Below are positions 1 through 9,903 of a DNA stretch of 64,000 nt, in pieces. Each line of letters opens with the position of its first letter. The first letter of the stretch is position 1. The stretch comes from an uncultured Candidatus Saccharibacteria bacterium (GTDB taxonomy: Bacteria; Patescibacteriota; Minisyncoccia; 2-02-FULL-40-12; GWA2-44-9), in contig CAZENF010000001.1 of the NCBI GenBank assembly GCA_964513645.1, positions 135,303-199,302 of the forward strand, read 5' to 3'. The notes beneath the pieces were generated by a model. The model did no database searches. It saw only the letters and a program-made list of their open reading frames with translations, and was not told the origin of the DNA. The position numbers and the translations under genes were made by a program.

Positions 1-1045
1 GCCTTATACCCTTATTGATTTCTTCATTTCCAAAGGTGAGTTTTTGACAATTATTGACGAATCCCACATCTCTCTCCCACAGGTCAGAGGCATGTTCCAC
101 GGCGACCATTCACGCAAAAGCACTTTGGTTAATTACGGTTTCCGCCTGCCTTCGGCTCTCGACAACCGTCCGCTCAAATTCCCTGAATTCAACAAACGCA
201 TTCAGAAAATAATTTATGTTTCCGCCACTCCAGGCAAATACGAACTTGAAAAAGCCGGCAAGACCAACATCGCTGAACAGCTGATACGCCCGACCGGCCT
301 TCTCGACCCGACCATTGAGATTCAGCCGACCAAGAACCAGATTGAACATCTAAAAGAAGAGATTCAAAAACGCATCACCAAAAAAGAAAGAATAATCGTA
401 ACGACTTTGACCAAAAGAATGGCCGAAGATCTTTCCGAATTCTTAGCGGATGCAGGGATTAAGGTTAATTATCTTCACTCCGAGATTAAAACCCTCGAGC
501 GCCTTAAAATACTAAAAGATTTCCGTCTCGGTCATTATGACGTTATCGTCGGCGTTAATTTGCTACGAGAAGGACTCGACTTGCCGGAGGTCTCGTTGAT
601 TGCAATTCTTGATGCCGATAAAGAAGGCTTCCTAAGAAACACTACGACCCTTATCCAGACGATGGGCCGGGCCGCCAGGCACATTAACGGCCATGTAATT
701 TTATATGCCGATAAGATGACAAATTCTATTAAATCTGCGGTTCATGAAACGAACCGCCGCAGGGAAAAGCAGGAAAAACACAATCAGGAGAACAATATTA
801 CGCCGAAAAGCATCAAAAAAGACATCGGCAATTTCGACCTGCCGATATCCAACAACGGTCTTAACAAAACTAAGCGCTGGGGCCAGGACGAAGAAGACAT
901 GGTCTATGTTTTCGGTAACGGTTCAAAAGGTAAAATAATCGGCCAGTTGACCAAAATGATGGAACGAGCAGCCAGAAAAATGGAATATGCCAGAGCTTTA
1001 GCTTTGCGTGAACAAATAAGAAAAATTAAGAGCGATACCGTATAA
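1..1045 (+). CDS. uvrB: Excinuclease ABC subunit B, C-terminal part (gene starts before the window)
   Basis: IDESH motif, YGFRLPSALDNRPL, SATPG, GVNLLREGLDLPEVSL, QTMGRAAR, C-terminal UVR domain. Confidence 0.97.
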   Translation, partial: PYTLIDFFISKGEFLTIIDESHISLPQVRGMFHGDHSRKSTLVNYGFRLPSALDNRPLKFPEFNKRIQKIIYVSATPGKYELEKAGKTNIAEQLIRPTGLLDPTIEIQPTKNQIEHLKEEIQKRITKKERIIVTTLTKRMAEDLSEFLADAGIKVNYLHSEIKTLERLKILKDFRLGHYDVIVGVNLLREGLDLPEVSLIAILDADKEGFLRNTTTLIQTMGRAARHINGHVILYADKMTNSIKSAVHETNRRREKQEKHNQENNITPKSIKKDIGNFDLPISNNGLNKTKRWGQDEEDMVYVFGNGSKGKIIGQLTKMMERAARKMEYARALALREQIRKIKSDTV

Positions 1046-1050
1046 TTAAA

Positions 1051-1070
1051 AACGGGAGTTTATTCCCGTT
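1051..1070. terminator. Bidirectional intrinsic terminator
   Basis: AACGGGA-GTTTAT-TCCCGTT hairpin between convergent genes. Confidence 0.6.
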
Positions 1071-1206
1071 ATTTGAACAAAAAACCCATAATTGCTAAGG
1101 ATGCTCCGATAAATCTCAAAATAAATCCGGCTTTAGACTTGTTATCAAAATTAAATACAAACAAAGCCACGCCGATTCCTATCAAAGCATTCAGAAAGAG
1201 ACCCAT
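1069..1206 (-). CDS. Small 45-aa two-TM membrane protein (below the ORF-track cutoff)
   Basis: Manual translation MGLFLNALIGIGVALFVFNFDNKSKAGFILRFIGASLAIMGFLFK; GAGG 5 nt upstream; stop abuts the terminator. Confidence 0.6.
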   Translation of the reverse strand: MGLFLNALIGIGVALFVFNFDNKSKAGFILRFIGASLAIMGFLFK

Positions 1207-1229
1207 TGTAACCTCGCGTGTTTAAGAAT

Positions 1230-1724
1230 CTACTTTTTTATTTCTAAATGATATCTGGATTTCAGAAAATCAATCAAAACGCCCTGTTGCATTTCGGCAA
1301 GATTGAATATCCTTACGAAAACCCAGTCTTGTCCGTTGCGCTGAAACAAATAAGCTTGCATATCGGAAGTTAAAATATCGCCATTATCTTGCCATTGCCC
1401 GCCTTCCACAAAAAAAGTCCCAAGCCATAAATTTCCGTTATCTCTACGAAATATATTTACGGTATATCTTTTCAAATTTTCAATATCAGTCCGCTGATAG
1501 GTATTGCCGGCTACTTCAAAAGTTTTGCCGTCATTGTCGCCGGTCATTGTCCATGAATTTGTTAAAGGCCAGTTGCTATAATCCGGAAATGACGGAAAAG
1601 GCTGAGCCGGTTGAGAACTGGCCTGAACAGAAAATGTCAGCAACAATAAAAGTACTGAAAAGCAAATAAACGCCAGGTTTTTTGACTTCACAATTTTCCT
1701 CAAACTTTTTAAGGCACCTTGCAT
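1230..1724 (-). CDS. Hypothetical secreted protein
   Basis: N-terminal hydrophobic signal ending VQA; no recognised family. Confidence 0.7.
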   Translation of the reverse strand: MQGALKSLRKIVKSKNLAFICFSVLLLLLTFSVQASSQPAQPFPSFPDYSNWPLTNSWTMTGDNDGKTFEVAGNTYQRTDIENLKRYTVNIFRRDNGNLWLGTFFVEGGQWQDNGDILTSDMQAYLFQRNGQDWVFVRIFNLAEMQQGVLIDFLKSRYHLEIKK

Positions 1725-1756
1725 AATATAATAAAATATATTAATATATACAAGTT

Positions 1757-2017
1757 ATGCCTATAACTAAATCAGCCCAAAAAGCGTTAAGACAATCCAA
1801 GAAAAGAAGGATAGCCAACCTTCAAAGAGCCAATACTTATAAAGCTGAATTTAAGAAGCTCAAAAAAATGTCCTCTGAAGGGCAGTTGAAGGACGCTCAG
1901 AAACAGCTGGCCGAAGTTTATAAATCGATAGACAAAGCAGCTAAAACAGGAGTAATTAAGAAAAACAAGGCCTCTCGTCTCAAATCAGCCGCCTCGAAAC
2001 TCTTAGCCAAACAATAA
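1757..2017 (+). CDS. rpsT: 30S ribosomal protein S20
   Basis: MPITKSAQKALRQS...IDKAAKTGVIKKNKASRLKS. Confidence 0.97.
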   Translation: MPITKSAQKALRQSKKRRIANLQRANTYKAEFKKLKKMSSEGQLKDAQKQLAEVYKSIDKAAKTGVIKKNKASRLKSAASKLLAKQ

Positions 2018-2050
2018 CAAAACAAAAAAGCCCGGCCGGGGCTGTTTTGT
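2017..2050. terminator. Bidirectional terminator between rpsT and ftsW
   Basis: A-run/AGCCC-GGCCG-GGGCT/T-rich tail. Confidence 0.6.
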
Positions 2051-2052
2051 TA

Positions 2053-3129
2053 TCAGGCCTTCCTGGCAACGTTGAATACTATGCCCATCCCGGCGAGAAG
2101 CACCATCATCGCAGTTCCACCATAACTGACGAAAGGCAGTGGAACTCCGGTCAAAGGGGCAAGACCGGAAACCGCCGCAATATTTAGAAAGGCTTGGCCC
2201 AGTATCCAGGTCGCCATACCCATCACCAAAAGTTTGCCGAACTTGTCCTTGAGACTGTTGGCGGTATAACCCATCATCAGTCCGAACAGAACAAATAACC
2301 CTATCAATCCAGCCGCTCCGATGAAACCAAGTTCTTCCACTACCACCGCAAAAATAGAATCGTGGATAACCTCGGGCAAAAAGCCGAATTTTTGAGTGCT
2401 CTTTCCGTAACCGACCCCAAACATCCCGCCCGAACCTATCGCGATCATCGACTGGTTGAGCTGATAAGAAATCCCTTTCGGATCCAAGGACGGATCAAGA
2501 TATGTTTTAATCCGGTTCAGCCGATAAGGTTCGACGGTTATTATCAGAACAAAAATTCCCAATATCACCGCACCGATAAGAAAAAGGTGTTTCAAATTAG
2601 AACCAGCAAAAAAATAAATAGAGATTGAGATCAGGGTTACAACGATCAGAGTGCCAATGTCCGGTTGAAGAGCCAGAACACCGGCAACAAAGATAAGCAG
2701 AACAAAGAACGGCGCCATACCGAAAGCCCAGTTTTTTGTTCTTTCATCGCGGTTACTGAACCAGGCGGCCAGATATACTATCAAAGCCAATTTGAGAGCT
2801 TCCGAGGGTTGAAAAGAAAAACCGGCGATGCTAAGCCAGCGAGTTGCACCTTTAAGACCCTGGCCCAAATGAGGAGCAAAAACAGCCAGAAGCATAAAAA
2901 GCGCACCTAAGAGTATCAAAAAAGATATTTTTTTCAAAAATTTGTAATCTATCTTCCGGAAAATGAACATTAAAATAAGCCCCGGCAAAACACCTAAGAG
3001 AAGCTGCCGGTTTAAATAATAGTATGGGGAACCAAAATTTTTCTGGCCCTCAACAAGTCCGGCAGACGACAAAACAACCAACCCAAAGATCAGCAGTATC
3101 ATCGTCATTCCAAAAAGCACTTTGGACAT
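2053..3129 (-). CDS. ftsW: SEDS peptidoglycan polymerase FtsW/RodA
   Basis: GATRW, FQPSE, QPDIG, LPEVIHDSIF, GVPLPFVSYGG motifs. Confidence 0.9.
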   Translation of the reverse strand: MSKVLFGMTMILLIFGLVVLSSAGLVEGQKNFGSPYYYLNRQLLLGVLPGLILMFIFRKIDYKFLKKISFLILLGALFMLLAVFAPHLGQGLKGATRWLSIAGFSFQPSEALKLALIVYLAAWFSNRDERTKNWAFGMAPFFVLLIFVAGVLALQPDIGTLIVVTLISISIYFFAGSNLKHLFLIGAVILGIFVLIITVEPYRLNRIKTYLDPSLDPKGISYQLNQSMIAIGSGGMFGVGYGKSTQKFGFLPEVIHDSIFAVVVEELGFIGAAGLIGLFVLFGLMMGYTANSLKDKFGKLLVMGMATWILGQAFLNIAAVSGLAPLTGVPLPFVSYGGTAMMVLLAGMGIVFNVARKA

Positions 3130-3171
3130 TACTTAATTTTATTACATTCTGCTTGTATTTCCAAACAAAAC

Positions 3172-3201
3172 TTGACATATCTGGATAAAATTATGTATAA
3201 T
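3172..3201 (+). promoter_or_regulatory. Sigma70 promoter of the ABC exporter
   Basis: TTGACA-N18-TATAAT. Confidence 0.7.
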
Positions 3202-3217
3202 CTATAATCTTTGTTCG

Positions 3218-5083
3218 TTGACAATGGGGGCTAAGTTAGTGGAAAACAGCCAAGAATCTGCTAAAAAGAACATCTCGACCAATATGAAGCGGGTAGTCCC
3301 CTATCTGTCCGAATATAAATTCAAGATAACCATAATCATTCTCGGCTCACTGTTGTTTGCCCTTATTCGTCTGATAGACCCATACATTTACCGGATAGTA
3401 ATGGATGATGTCCTGGTTAAGGCCTATACGGGCAACCTGTCATTAGGTCCCGCCATCCGAACCGTAGCCATCGCCTGTTCCGTGATATTTTTTCTGCGCA
3501 TAGTCACCAGTTCTGTTTTTGGATTTTACTCCTATCTAAGTCTCGAGGTCGGCAATCGCATCGAAATGAAGATGTTCAGAGATGCCTTGGCCCATCTTCA
3601 ATCGCTTGATATGAGTTTTCACCATAACCAGAATTCGGGCGAGGTTCTGGCTAAAGTTGAGCGAGGTATCGGCGGACTTCAAAGGGTCATGCACGATAAC
3701 CTGTCCAAATTTTTTCTACCAGGTACGATAAACGTAACCTGTCTGTTGGTCTGGATATTTTACCAGAACTGGAAAATGGCCGTTGCGGCGACATTCTTCA
3801 TTCCCTTCCATATCTATTTCTCTTTGGGAAAAGCGAAGCCGATATACGAAGAGCAGTCAAAGATAAACAAGGCCGAAGAAAAAATATATCACCGGGCCTA
3901 TGAAGGAATTTATAACGTCGAAGCGGTAGTTTCTTTCAACGCTTCGCGGCACGAATTAAGTCTTTTTGATAAAGAGAGGATACCGGCCTTTTATTCTCAG
4001 CTCCGGATCGCCAAGTGGTGGCGGCTTTTGGGTTTTTCGGCTTCTTTTTTTGAAGTTCTCGGACGAACGGCGATAATAATCGTCGGAACCTACTTGACCA
4101 TTCAAAAGAAGGCCACGCCAGGCGAAATTCTGATGTTCCTCGCCTATATCACAATGCTTTATCAGCCGCTTCTCGACATGATCACCACTTACTTGAGCAT
4201 GCAGCAGGACCTTTCGAAAGTGCACCGGTTTTTCGATCTCTTGGACACAAAACCAAAAGTCACCGAGATATCTAATCCGATAGATATGTCTCCACTTAGG
4301 CATTCGATCGAATTGAAAAATGTTTCTTTCGGTTACGAGGATTCAACTGGCGTGATCAAAGACATGAATTTAGTCATCCCGGCGGGTAAAAAAATTGCCG
4401 TTGTAGGCAAGACCGGTGCGGGCAAATCGACTTTAGCAAGTTTGATCCAGAGGTTTTACGATCCCGAGGCCGGAATCATAACCGCTGACGGGAATGATCT
4501 CAGGAACATCGGACTTGAATCCTTAAGAAGACAGATAACAACCGTTCCCCAGCATGCCTTATTGTTCTCAAGGACGATAAAAGAAAATATCGCATATGGC
4601 TGTGATGAGCCGGACGATAATAAAATAATCGAAGCGGCACGGATTGCGAACGCACATGAATTCATCGACTCTAAGCCCGAAAAATACGACACGGTTATCG
4701 GCGAAAAAGGTGTGAAATTGTCCGGCGGTGAACAGCAGAGAATATCCATCGCCCGGGCGGTTTTTTCCAACGCCTCGCTTATCATTATGGACGAAGCGAC
4801 TTCGCATCTCGATACTGATTCAGAAGCAGTGGTCCAGGAAGCTCTTTGGAAATTAATGGAAGGCAAGACTGCGATAATCATCGCCCACCGCCTTTCTACA
4901 ATTCTAAGAGCAGATTCGATAGTGGTAATGGATAAAGGACGTATAATCGACCGTGGCACTAGCCAGGAACTTCTTGAAAGATGTCTGTTGTACAGAAGAC
5001 TTTATAACCGGCAATTCGAACTGGAAGATGATGATCTTGGTAATGAAAACAAGGTTGTAAATATTAAACGGCCGTCGAACTGA
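3218..5083 (+). CDS. ABC exporter, fused permease and ATPase (MsbA-like)
   Basis: N-terminal TM domain, Walker A GKTGAGKS, LSGGEQQR, IMDEATSHLD, IAHRLST. Confidence 0.93.
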   Translation: MTMGAKLVENSQESAKKNISTNMKRVVPYLSEYKFKITIIILGSLLFALIRLIDPYIYRIVMDDVLVKAYTGNLSLGPAIRTVAIACSVIFFLRIVTSSVFGFYSYLSLEVGNRIEMKMFRDALAHLQSLDMSFHHNQNSGEVLAKVERGIGGLQRVMHDNLSKFFLPGTINVTCLLVWIFYQNWKMAVAATFFIPFHIYFSLGKAKPIYEEQSKINKAEEKIYHRAYEGIYNVEAVVSFNASRHELSLFDKERIPAFYSQLRIAKWWRLLGFSASFFEVLGRTAIIIVGTYLTIQKKATPGEILMFLAYITMLYQPLLDMITTYLSMQQDLSKVHRFFDLLDTKPKVTEISNPIDMSPLRHSIELKNVSFGYEDSTGVIKDMNLVIPAGKKIAVVGKTGAGKSTLASLIQRFYDPEAGIITADGNDLRNIGLESLRRQITTVPQHALLFSRTIKENIAYGCDEPDDNKIIEAARIANAHEFIDSKPEKYDTVIGEKGVKLSGGEQQRISIARAVFSNASLIIMDEATSHLDTDSEAVVQEALWKLMEGKTAIIIAHRLSTILRADSIVVMDKGRIIDRGTSQELLERCLLYRRLYNRQFELEDDDLGNENKVVNIKRPSN

Positions 5084-5090
5084 TCGGCCT

Positions 5091-5115
5091 AAAGAGCTCA
5101 GACGAGCTCTTTTTT
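5091..5115. terminator. Bidirectional terminator
   Basis: AAAGAGCTC-AGAC-GAGCTCTTT followed by a T-run. Confidence 0.7.
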
Positions 5116-5116
5116 G

Positions 5117-6175
5117 TTACAAAAGGGGCGGTATTTTTGAGTCCACCAGAAATATTATCAGGCCGATTATCGCTCCAATGGCGCTTATCATCCAAAAACG
5201 CATTGTAACCTGGGTCTCCGGCCAACCTAACGCTTCGAAATGATGGTGGATCGGGGTCGATAAAAATATTTTTTTGCCGCGGAACTTCTTAGATATAAGC
5301 TGAATGATCACGGAGAGGGATTCGATCATCGGAATTATCGCTATTACCGGTAGCAAAAGACCGGTATCCGTCAGGAGAGAAACGACCCCGACGGTAAAAC
5401 CAAGAGCCATTACGCCCGTATCCCCCATGAAAAATCTGGCCGGATAAATATTGAACCACAGAAAACCTACCAGAGCTCCGATTATCGCCGTCAGAAAAAC
5501 CGCCAGATCCATTCTGCCTTGGTCAAAAGCTATTGCCGTCAGAGCTCCGAAAATAACGAGAAAAACACCGCCGGAAAGACCATCCAGACCGTCGGTCTCG
5601 TTCATTGAGAATGCCGTCGCCACCGAAATAAAAATAAAATAAATAATATAGAACCAGCCAACGGTAACATCTCCCAGGAACGGGATATTTATCGCGTTAC
5701 GGCCAAGCTTGAAATAGAACCACCAGGCGCCGATGGCCGCAACCGCAATATAAAGCATGAGCCGGCGACTTATTCTCAATCCGCCCCGTTTAAAGATCCC
5801 GAGAACATCATCAAGCATTCCGACCAGACCGGCAAAGATCAGAATACCCAAGGGCAGAAAGGTCTGGCTTCTTGATAAAAAATTGACCCGTGACCAGAAA
5901 CCATCAATAGTGTTTGAGAGTATAAAAAAGAAAATTGTCAGACAGCTGACAGTGACCCATATTGGCAGACCGCCCATGGTCGGCGTGCCTTCTTTTTTCT
6001 TGTGAAGCTGATTGAAAACCGGGGCATTAGATTTTTCTATCTCTTTTCCGGGTTTAAAATGTTTATCAAGTATTTTTGTCCAGAAAGAAGTAATTATCAA
6101 GTTAATAAAAAAAGCCAGCGTCCCGACTATGAATACTCTGACAATATTAAATATCGTAAAGATTTGATTCTGCAT
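5117..6175 (-). CDS. mraY: Phospho-N-acetylmuramoyl-pentapeptide transferase
   Basis: KKEGTPTMGG, NETDGLDGL, FMGDTG, PIHHHFE. Confidence 0.95.
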   Translation of the reverse strand: MQNQIFTIFNIVRVFIVGTLAFFINLIITSFWTKILDKHFKPGKEIEKSNAPVFNQLHKKKEGTPTMGGLPIWVTVSCLTIFFFILSNTIDGFWSRVNFLSRSQTFLPLGILIFAGLVGMLDDVLGIFKRGGLRISRRLMLYIAVAAIGAWWFYFKLGRNAINIPFLGDVTVGWFYIIYFIFISVATAFSMNETDGLDGLSGGVFLVIFGALTAIAFDQGRMDLAVFLTAIIGALVGFLWFNIYPARFFMGDTGVMALGFTVGVVSLLTDTGLLLPVIAIIPMIESLSVIIQLISKKFRGKKIFLSTPIHHHFEALGWPETQVTMRFWMISAIGAIIGLIIFLVDSKIPPLL

Positions 6176-6181
6176 TTTATA

Positions 6182-7111
6182 TTATTTCCAACTGTAAGCG
6201 GTCCTGACCCAATCCACCAGTTTCTGGCTGTCACTGAAACGGTCCTGCGAACCCAAGACAATACTTACTATTTTACCATCATAACCCGGTACGCGCGTCA
6301 CCAATATCAAACACTGGCCAGCACCATCAGTGTAGCCGGTCTTGCCGCCGATTATATCTTGAAGCATGCCCAAGAGACGATTAGTGCTGCTAATCGAATG
6401 CTTAATGCTTTCATCTGAAGATTCAATGATGGCCGTTTTTTCAGAAGATATGTCCCAGATCTCAGGATAATTTAAAGAATATGTCACTAATTTTACCAGA
6501 TCCTGAGCGGTTGAATAGGCCTCATCGTTCAGGCCGGCTGGGTCGAGAAAATTAGAATTTTTCATTTCTAAAGCTGCCGCTTTATTGTTCATCATCTCGA
6601 TAAAGTTCAAATCCTTTGTTTTGCCATAAGCTGATATGGCATAGGCCGCATCATTAGACGATTCAATGAGCATCATCTTAAGCAAATTACTGATAGCCAT
6701 TTTTTCACCCAGATAAAGGTCCTGTTTCTGGCCATCGACCCTTATCGAACTTGAACCGATGGTGATAATGTCGTTCTGATCAAGATTCTCAAGCGTTACG
6801 ACCGCGCTTAAAACCTTGGTCAGAGAGGCTATCGGAACTTTGACCGAAGTATTTTTTTCATATAAAAAACGGCTGGAACGAGTATCGTATACCACTGCTG
6901 ATTTAGCACTAATGACCGGACGGCTAATATTTGAATCAAGAACCGGGATATAATTTGGTCCGCCAGAAATAGGAAGAAGATATGCCTGGGTTCGGTCTTT
7001 TTGAGTAACTATCGGGACTGGCAGGTCAGATGAGTTTTTGAAAGCCAAAAAAAAGTTAATTCCAAAGAGAGCAATAATTGTTATTGTTGCGGCGTAAACT
7101 CTTTTTAGCAT
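6182..7111 (-). CDS. D-alanyl-D-alanine carboxypeptidase (peptidase S11)
   Basis: SxxK (ASLTK), SxN (SSN), KTG motifs; N-terminal membrane anchor. Confidence 0.9.
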   Translation of the reverse strand: MLKRVYAATITIIALFGINFFLAFKNSSDLPVPIVTQKDRTQAYLLPISGGPNYIPVLDSNISRPVISAKSAVVYDTRSSRFLYEKNTSVKVPIASLTKVLSAVVTLENLDQNDIITIGSSSIRVDGQKQDLYLGEKMAISNLLKMMLIESSNDAAYAISAYGKTKDLNFIEMMNNKAAALEMKNSNFLDPAGLNDEAYSTAQDLVKLVTYSLNYPEIWDISSEKTAIIESSDESIKHSISSTNRLLGMLQDIIGGKTGYTDGAGQCLILVTRVPGYDGKIVSIVLGSQDRFSDSQKLVDWVRTAYSWK

Positions 7112-7113
7112 GA

Positions 7114-8505
7114 CTATTTTTCAGATTTAAGATGTAATTCCTTGAGCTGTTTCTTCTCAAGCTCCGACGGACTGCCCATCATTAGGTCGCGCGCGTCGCC
7201 AGTTTTTGGAAAAGCAATGACTTCTCTGATGTTCGGCTCGTCATTCAGGATTGAAACGAATCTATCGAGACCCCAGGCAATTCCACCGTGTGGCGGCGCA
7301 CCCGAACCAAGGGCCCGGATCATATGTCCGAAATTATCATCTATCCTCTGTTTTTCAAAACCCATTATCTCAAATACTTTTTCTAAGGCTTCCGACTGAT
7401 GATTCCTGATGCTACCGCCTCCTATTTCCAGACCGTTCAAAACAACATCATATTGAGTAGTGAGTATCTCCCCTACTTTTTCTTTTTTCAAAAGCAAGTC
7501 CATATGGTCCGGAACGGGCCGGGAAAAAGGGTTATGGGTAAAGGTCCAGCCGCCATCATCGGTTTTTTCAAAAAACGGAAAATCAACGATCCAGCAAAAA
7601 GCCAGAAGGTCAGGGTCATTTTTGTCTTTCCTGATATCCGGCCGATCGGTGTCATATTTTTTCATCGCTTCATGATAATTGAGGCGCGGGAAAGGGATTT
7701 CCTGGATTCTTTTTTTGGGATAAAGTTTCTGGACTATCTCGATAAGCAGTTTCTCGTTCAAAGCCATTACGTCTTCGCGGTCGACGAAACTCATTTCCAA
7801 GTCGAGCTGGGTAAATTCCGGTTGTCTGTCACCGCGAGTATCCTCGTCTCTGAAACATCGGGCTATCTGAAAATATTTTTCAAGACCTGCCACCATCAAA
7901 AGCTGTTTATACTGCTGGGGTGACTGCGGTAGAGCATAAAATTTGCCCGAATATAAACGTGAAGGCACAACATAATCCCGGGCGCCTTCGGGAGTTGATT
8001 TGGTCAGTATCGGCGTCTCTATCTCAAAAAAACCCTCATGGTCGAGATAATCTCGTATTAGCTTAATTATCCGGTGACGGGCGGCCATATTGTTTTTCAT
8101 TCTCTCACGCCGTAAATCGACATAGCGGTATTCCATGCGGTGGTCTTCGCCAATTTCACGACCGTCGGTATCAACCGGGAACGGAGGAGTTACAGCTTTG
8201 TTCAAAACCTCGAGTTCCGTTGGCTCTATCTCTACCTTGCCCGTCTCGATATCAAGATTGACCATCTTTTCAGGACGTTCTTTGACCTTGCCTCTTACCC
8301 GAATGACCCATTCCGACCTCAACTGACTCGCGGTTTCATAGAGGTCTTTGGTCCATGGACCGAAAACTATCTGGACCGAACCTGAACGGTCGCGCAAATC
8401 TATGAAAACTATCTTGCCGTGATCACGCCGAACATTGACCCAACCAAAAAGATCGACTTCCTTGCCGATAAGGTCTTTGGTTTCAGAGATATGATTGCGA
8501 TGCAT
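7114..8505 (-). CDS. aspS: Aspartate--tRNA ligase, short form lacking most of the GAD insertion; possibly non-discriminating
   Basis: GWVNVRRDHG, STPEGARDY, LPQSPQQYKQ, GAPPHGGIAWGLDR; start placed at MHRNH (8505). Confidence 0.95.
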   Translation of the reverse strand: MHRNHISETKDLIGKEVDLFGWVNVRRDHGKIVFIDLRDRSGSVQIVFGPWTKDLYETASQLRSEWVIRVRGKVKERPEKMVNLDIETGKVEIEPTELEVLNKAVTPPFPVDTDGREIGEDHRMEYRYVDLRRERMKNNMAARHRIIKLIRDYLDHEGFFEIETPILTKSTPEGARDYVVPSRLYSGKFYALPQSPQQYKQLLMVAGLEKYFQIARCFRDEDTRGDRQPEFTQLDLEMSFVDREDVMALNEKLLIEIVQKLYPKKRIQEIPFPRLNYHEAMKKYDTDRPDIRKDKNDPDLLAFCWIVDFPFFEKTDDGGWTFTHNPFSRPVPDHMDLLLKKEKVGEILTTQYDVVLNGLEIGGGSIRNHQSEALEKVFEIMGFEKQRIDDNFGHMIRALGSGAPPHGGIAWGLDRFVSILNDEPNIREVIAFPKTGDARDLMMGSPSELEKKQLKELHLKSEK

Positions 8506-8637
8506 AAAATTATCGTAGCATAAAAAAAGACAAAAATAAAAGACCCGCATTACGCAGGTCCGAGTTCAGTTGCTTCTAATTAGATCGAAAAAAATATCTT
8601 TTTGTCAAATAAAAATCGGATACACATCCGATTTAGT

Positions 8638-8847
8638 TCACCAATTGGTCACCCAGAGATATTCTCTTACAACTTTCCTGTTTATCTTGCCATATAAACC
8701 ATAGATATGGGTAAGCAATTCGATCATTTTAATCCCTCTTTTTTTCGCCAACTTCTTAAGTTTTTCGCCAAATTCGGTGAAAGTTTTTAAGAACTCGTCT
8801 ACCTCTTCTATCGACATCGCGTAACATTCAAAACTTTCTGATGCCAT
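8638..8847 (-). CDS. Hypothetical protein
   Basis: 69-aa ORF with GGAG RBS directly after ddl, followed by a terminator hairpin. Confidence 0.6.
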   Translation of the reverse strand: MASESFECYAMSIEEVDEFLKTFTEFGEKLKKLAKKRGIKMIELLTHIYGLYGKINRKVVREYLWVTNW

Positions 8848-8854
8848 TATACTC

Positions 8855-9838
8855 CTAAGCCAATGAACTGGAGATTATAATATCCAACAATTGTGGGAAG
8901 GTCAAACCGGCAGTTAATGCCGCTTTGGGCAGAAGTGAGTTAGTGGTCAGGCCGGGCAGAGTGTTAGTTTCGAGAACATAAATATGCTGACCTTTGGCTC
9001 CTTTTTTAATTATCATATCCGTTCTCGAATAGGTTCGACAGCCAAGTATTCTGTGGGCTTTTAATGCCGCATCCTGAACGTTTTTTGTTGTCTCTTCGTC
9101 GAGACGGGCAGGAGTTATTTCATCCGAGTGCCCAAATTTGTATTTAGCATTGTAGTCGAAGAATTTATGGCCGTGTTTGGGAACTATTTCGCTTACCGGC
9201 AGAGCAGTCTCGGTCTGGCCATTAAAATTTTCAAGCACTCCGCAGGTTACTTCCGTTCCGGCGATGAATTCCTCAACCAGAACCTTCTTGTCAAAACGGA
9301 AAGCTTCTTTGACCGCTTCCTCGAGTTGTTTTTTATTTGCGGCTATTCTGACCCCGACCGAGGAACCGTTGGAACAGGGTTTGACTACAACCGGAAAATT
9401 AACGACTTTATTAACAAAAACATTCAAGGTCGCCTGATAGTTGTCCCCTTTTCTTATCTTGAGGGTTTTGGGGGTCTCGAGGCCGGACAGTTTGAAAAGT
9501 TCCCGGCTTTTAAGTTTATCCATCGCCAGAGCCGAAGCGGCAATGCCTGAACCGGTATATTTGGCGCCATAATACTCGAGAAGGGCTTGGGCCTGGCCGT
9601 CTTCGCCGAACTTGCCGTGGAGAGCATTAAACACAAGATTGCATTCTCTGACCGCCTCGGCCTCGGTTCTTTTCCGGCCGTTTACGAACCATTCGTTCTC
9701 TTTGGATATTCTTATCGCCACCGGCTCGTACTTAATCTTATCCAAATTATCCAGAACATTCTGGCCGGTTGCCATTGAAACCTCGTATTCACTGGACGGA
9801 CCGCCCATTAGAACCCCGATTTTGAGAATTTTATTCAC
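8855..9838 (-). CDS. ddl: D-alanine--D-alanine ligase
   Basis: GGPSSEYEVS, LHGKFGEDG, GSSVG, DYNAKY, LETNTLPG. Confidence 0.95.
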   Translation of the reverse strand: MNKILKIGVLMGGPSSEYEVSMATGQNVLDNLDKIKYEPVAIRISKENEWFVNGRKRTEAEAVRECNLVFNALHGKFGEDGQAQALLEYYGAKYTGSGIAASALAMDKLKSRELFKLSGLETPKTLKIRKGDNYQATLNVFVNKVVNFPVVVKPCSNGSSVGVRIAANKKQLEEAVKEAFRFDKKVLVEEFIAGTEVTCGVLENFNGQTETALPVSEIVPKHGHKFFDYNAKYKFGHSDEITPARLDEETTKNVQDAALKAHRILGCRTYSRTDMIIKKGAKGQHIYVLETNTLPGLTTNSLLPKAALTAGLTFPQLLDIIISSSLA

Positions 9839-9903
9839 GCCGATACTCTAACACAAAAACTTATAAATTTCAAAATAAAAACGGCTCATTGTAAAGCCGT
9901 TGT

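Noticed and set aside
7114-8505. Short AspRS (and the truncated UDP-glucose dehydrogenase at 49249-50223) as pseudogenes
   Set aside because: Catalytic motifs are intact and the frames are uninterrupted; compact forms are plausible in reduced genomes.
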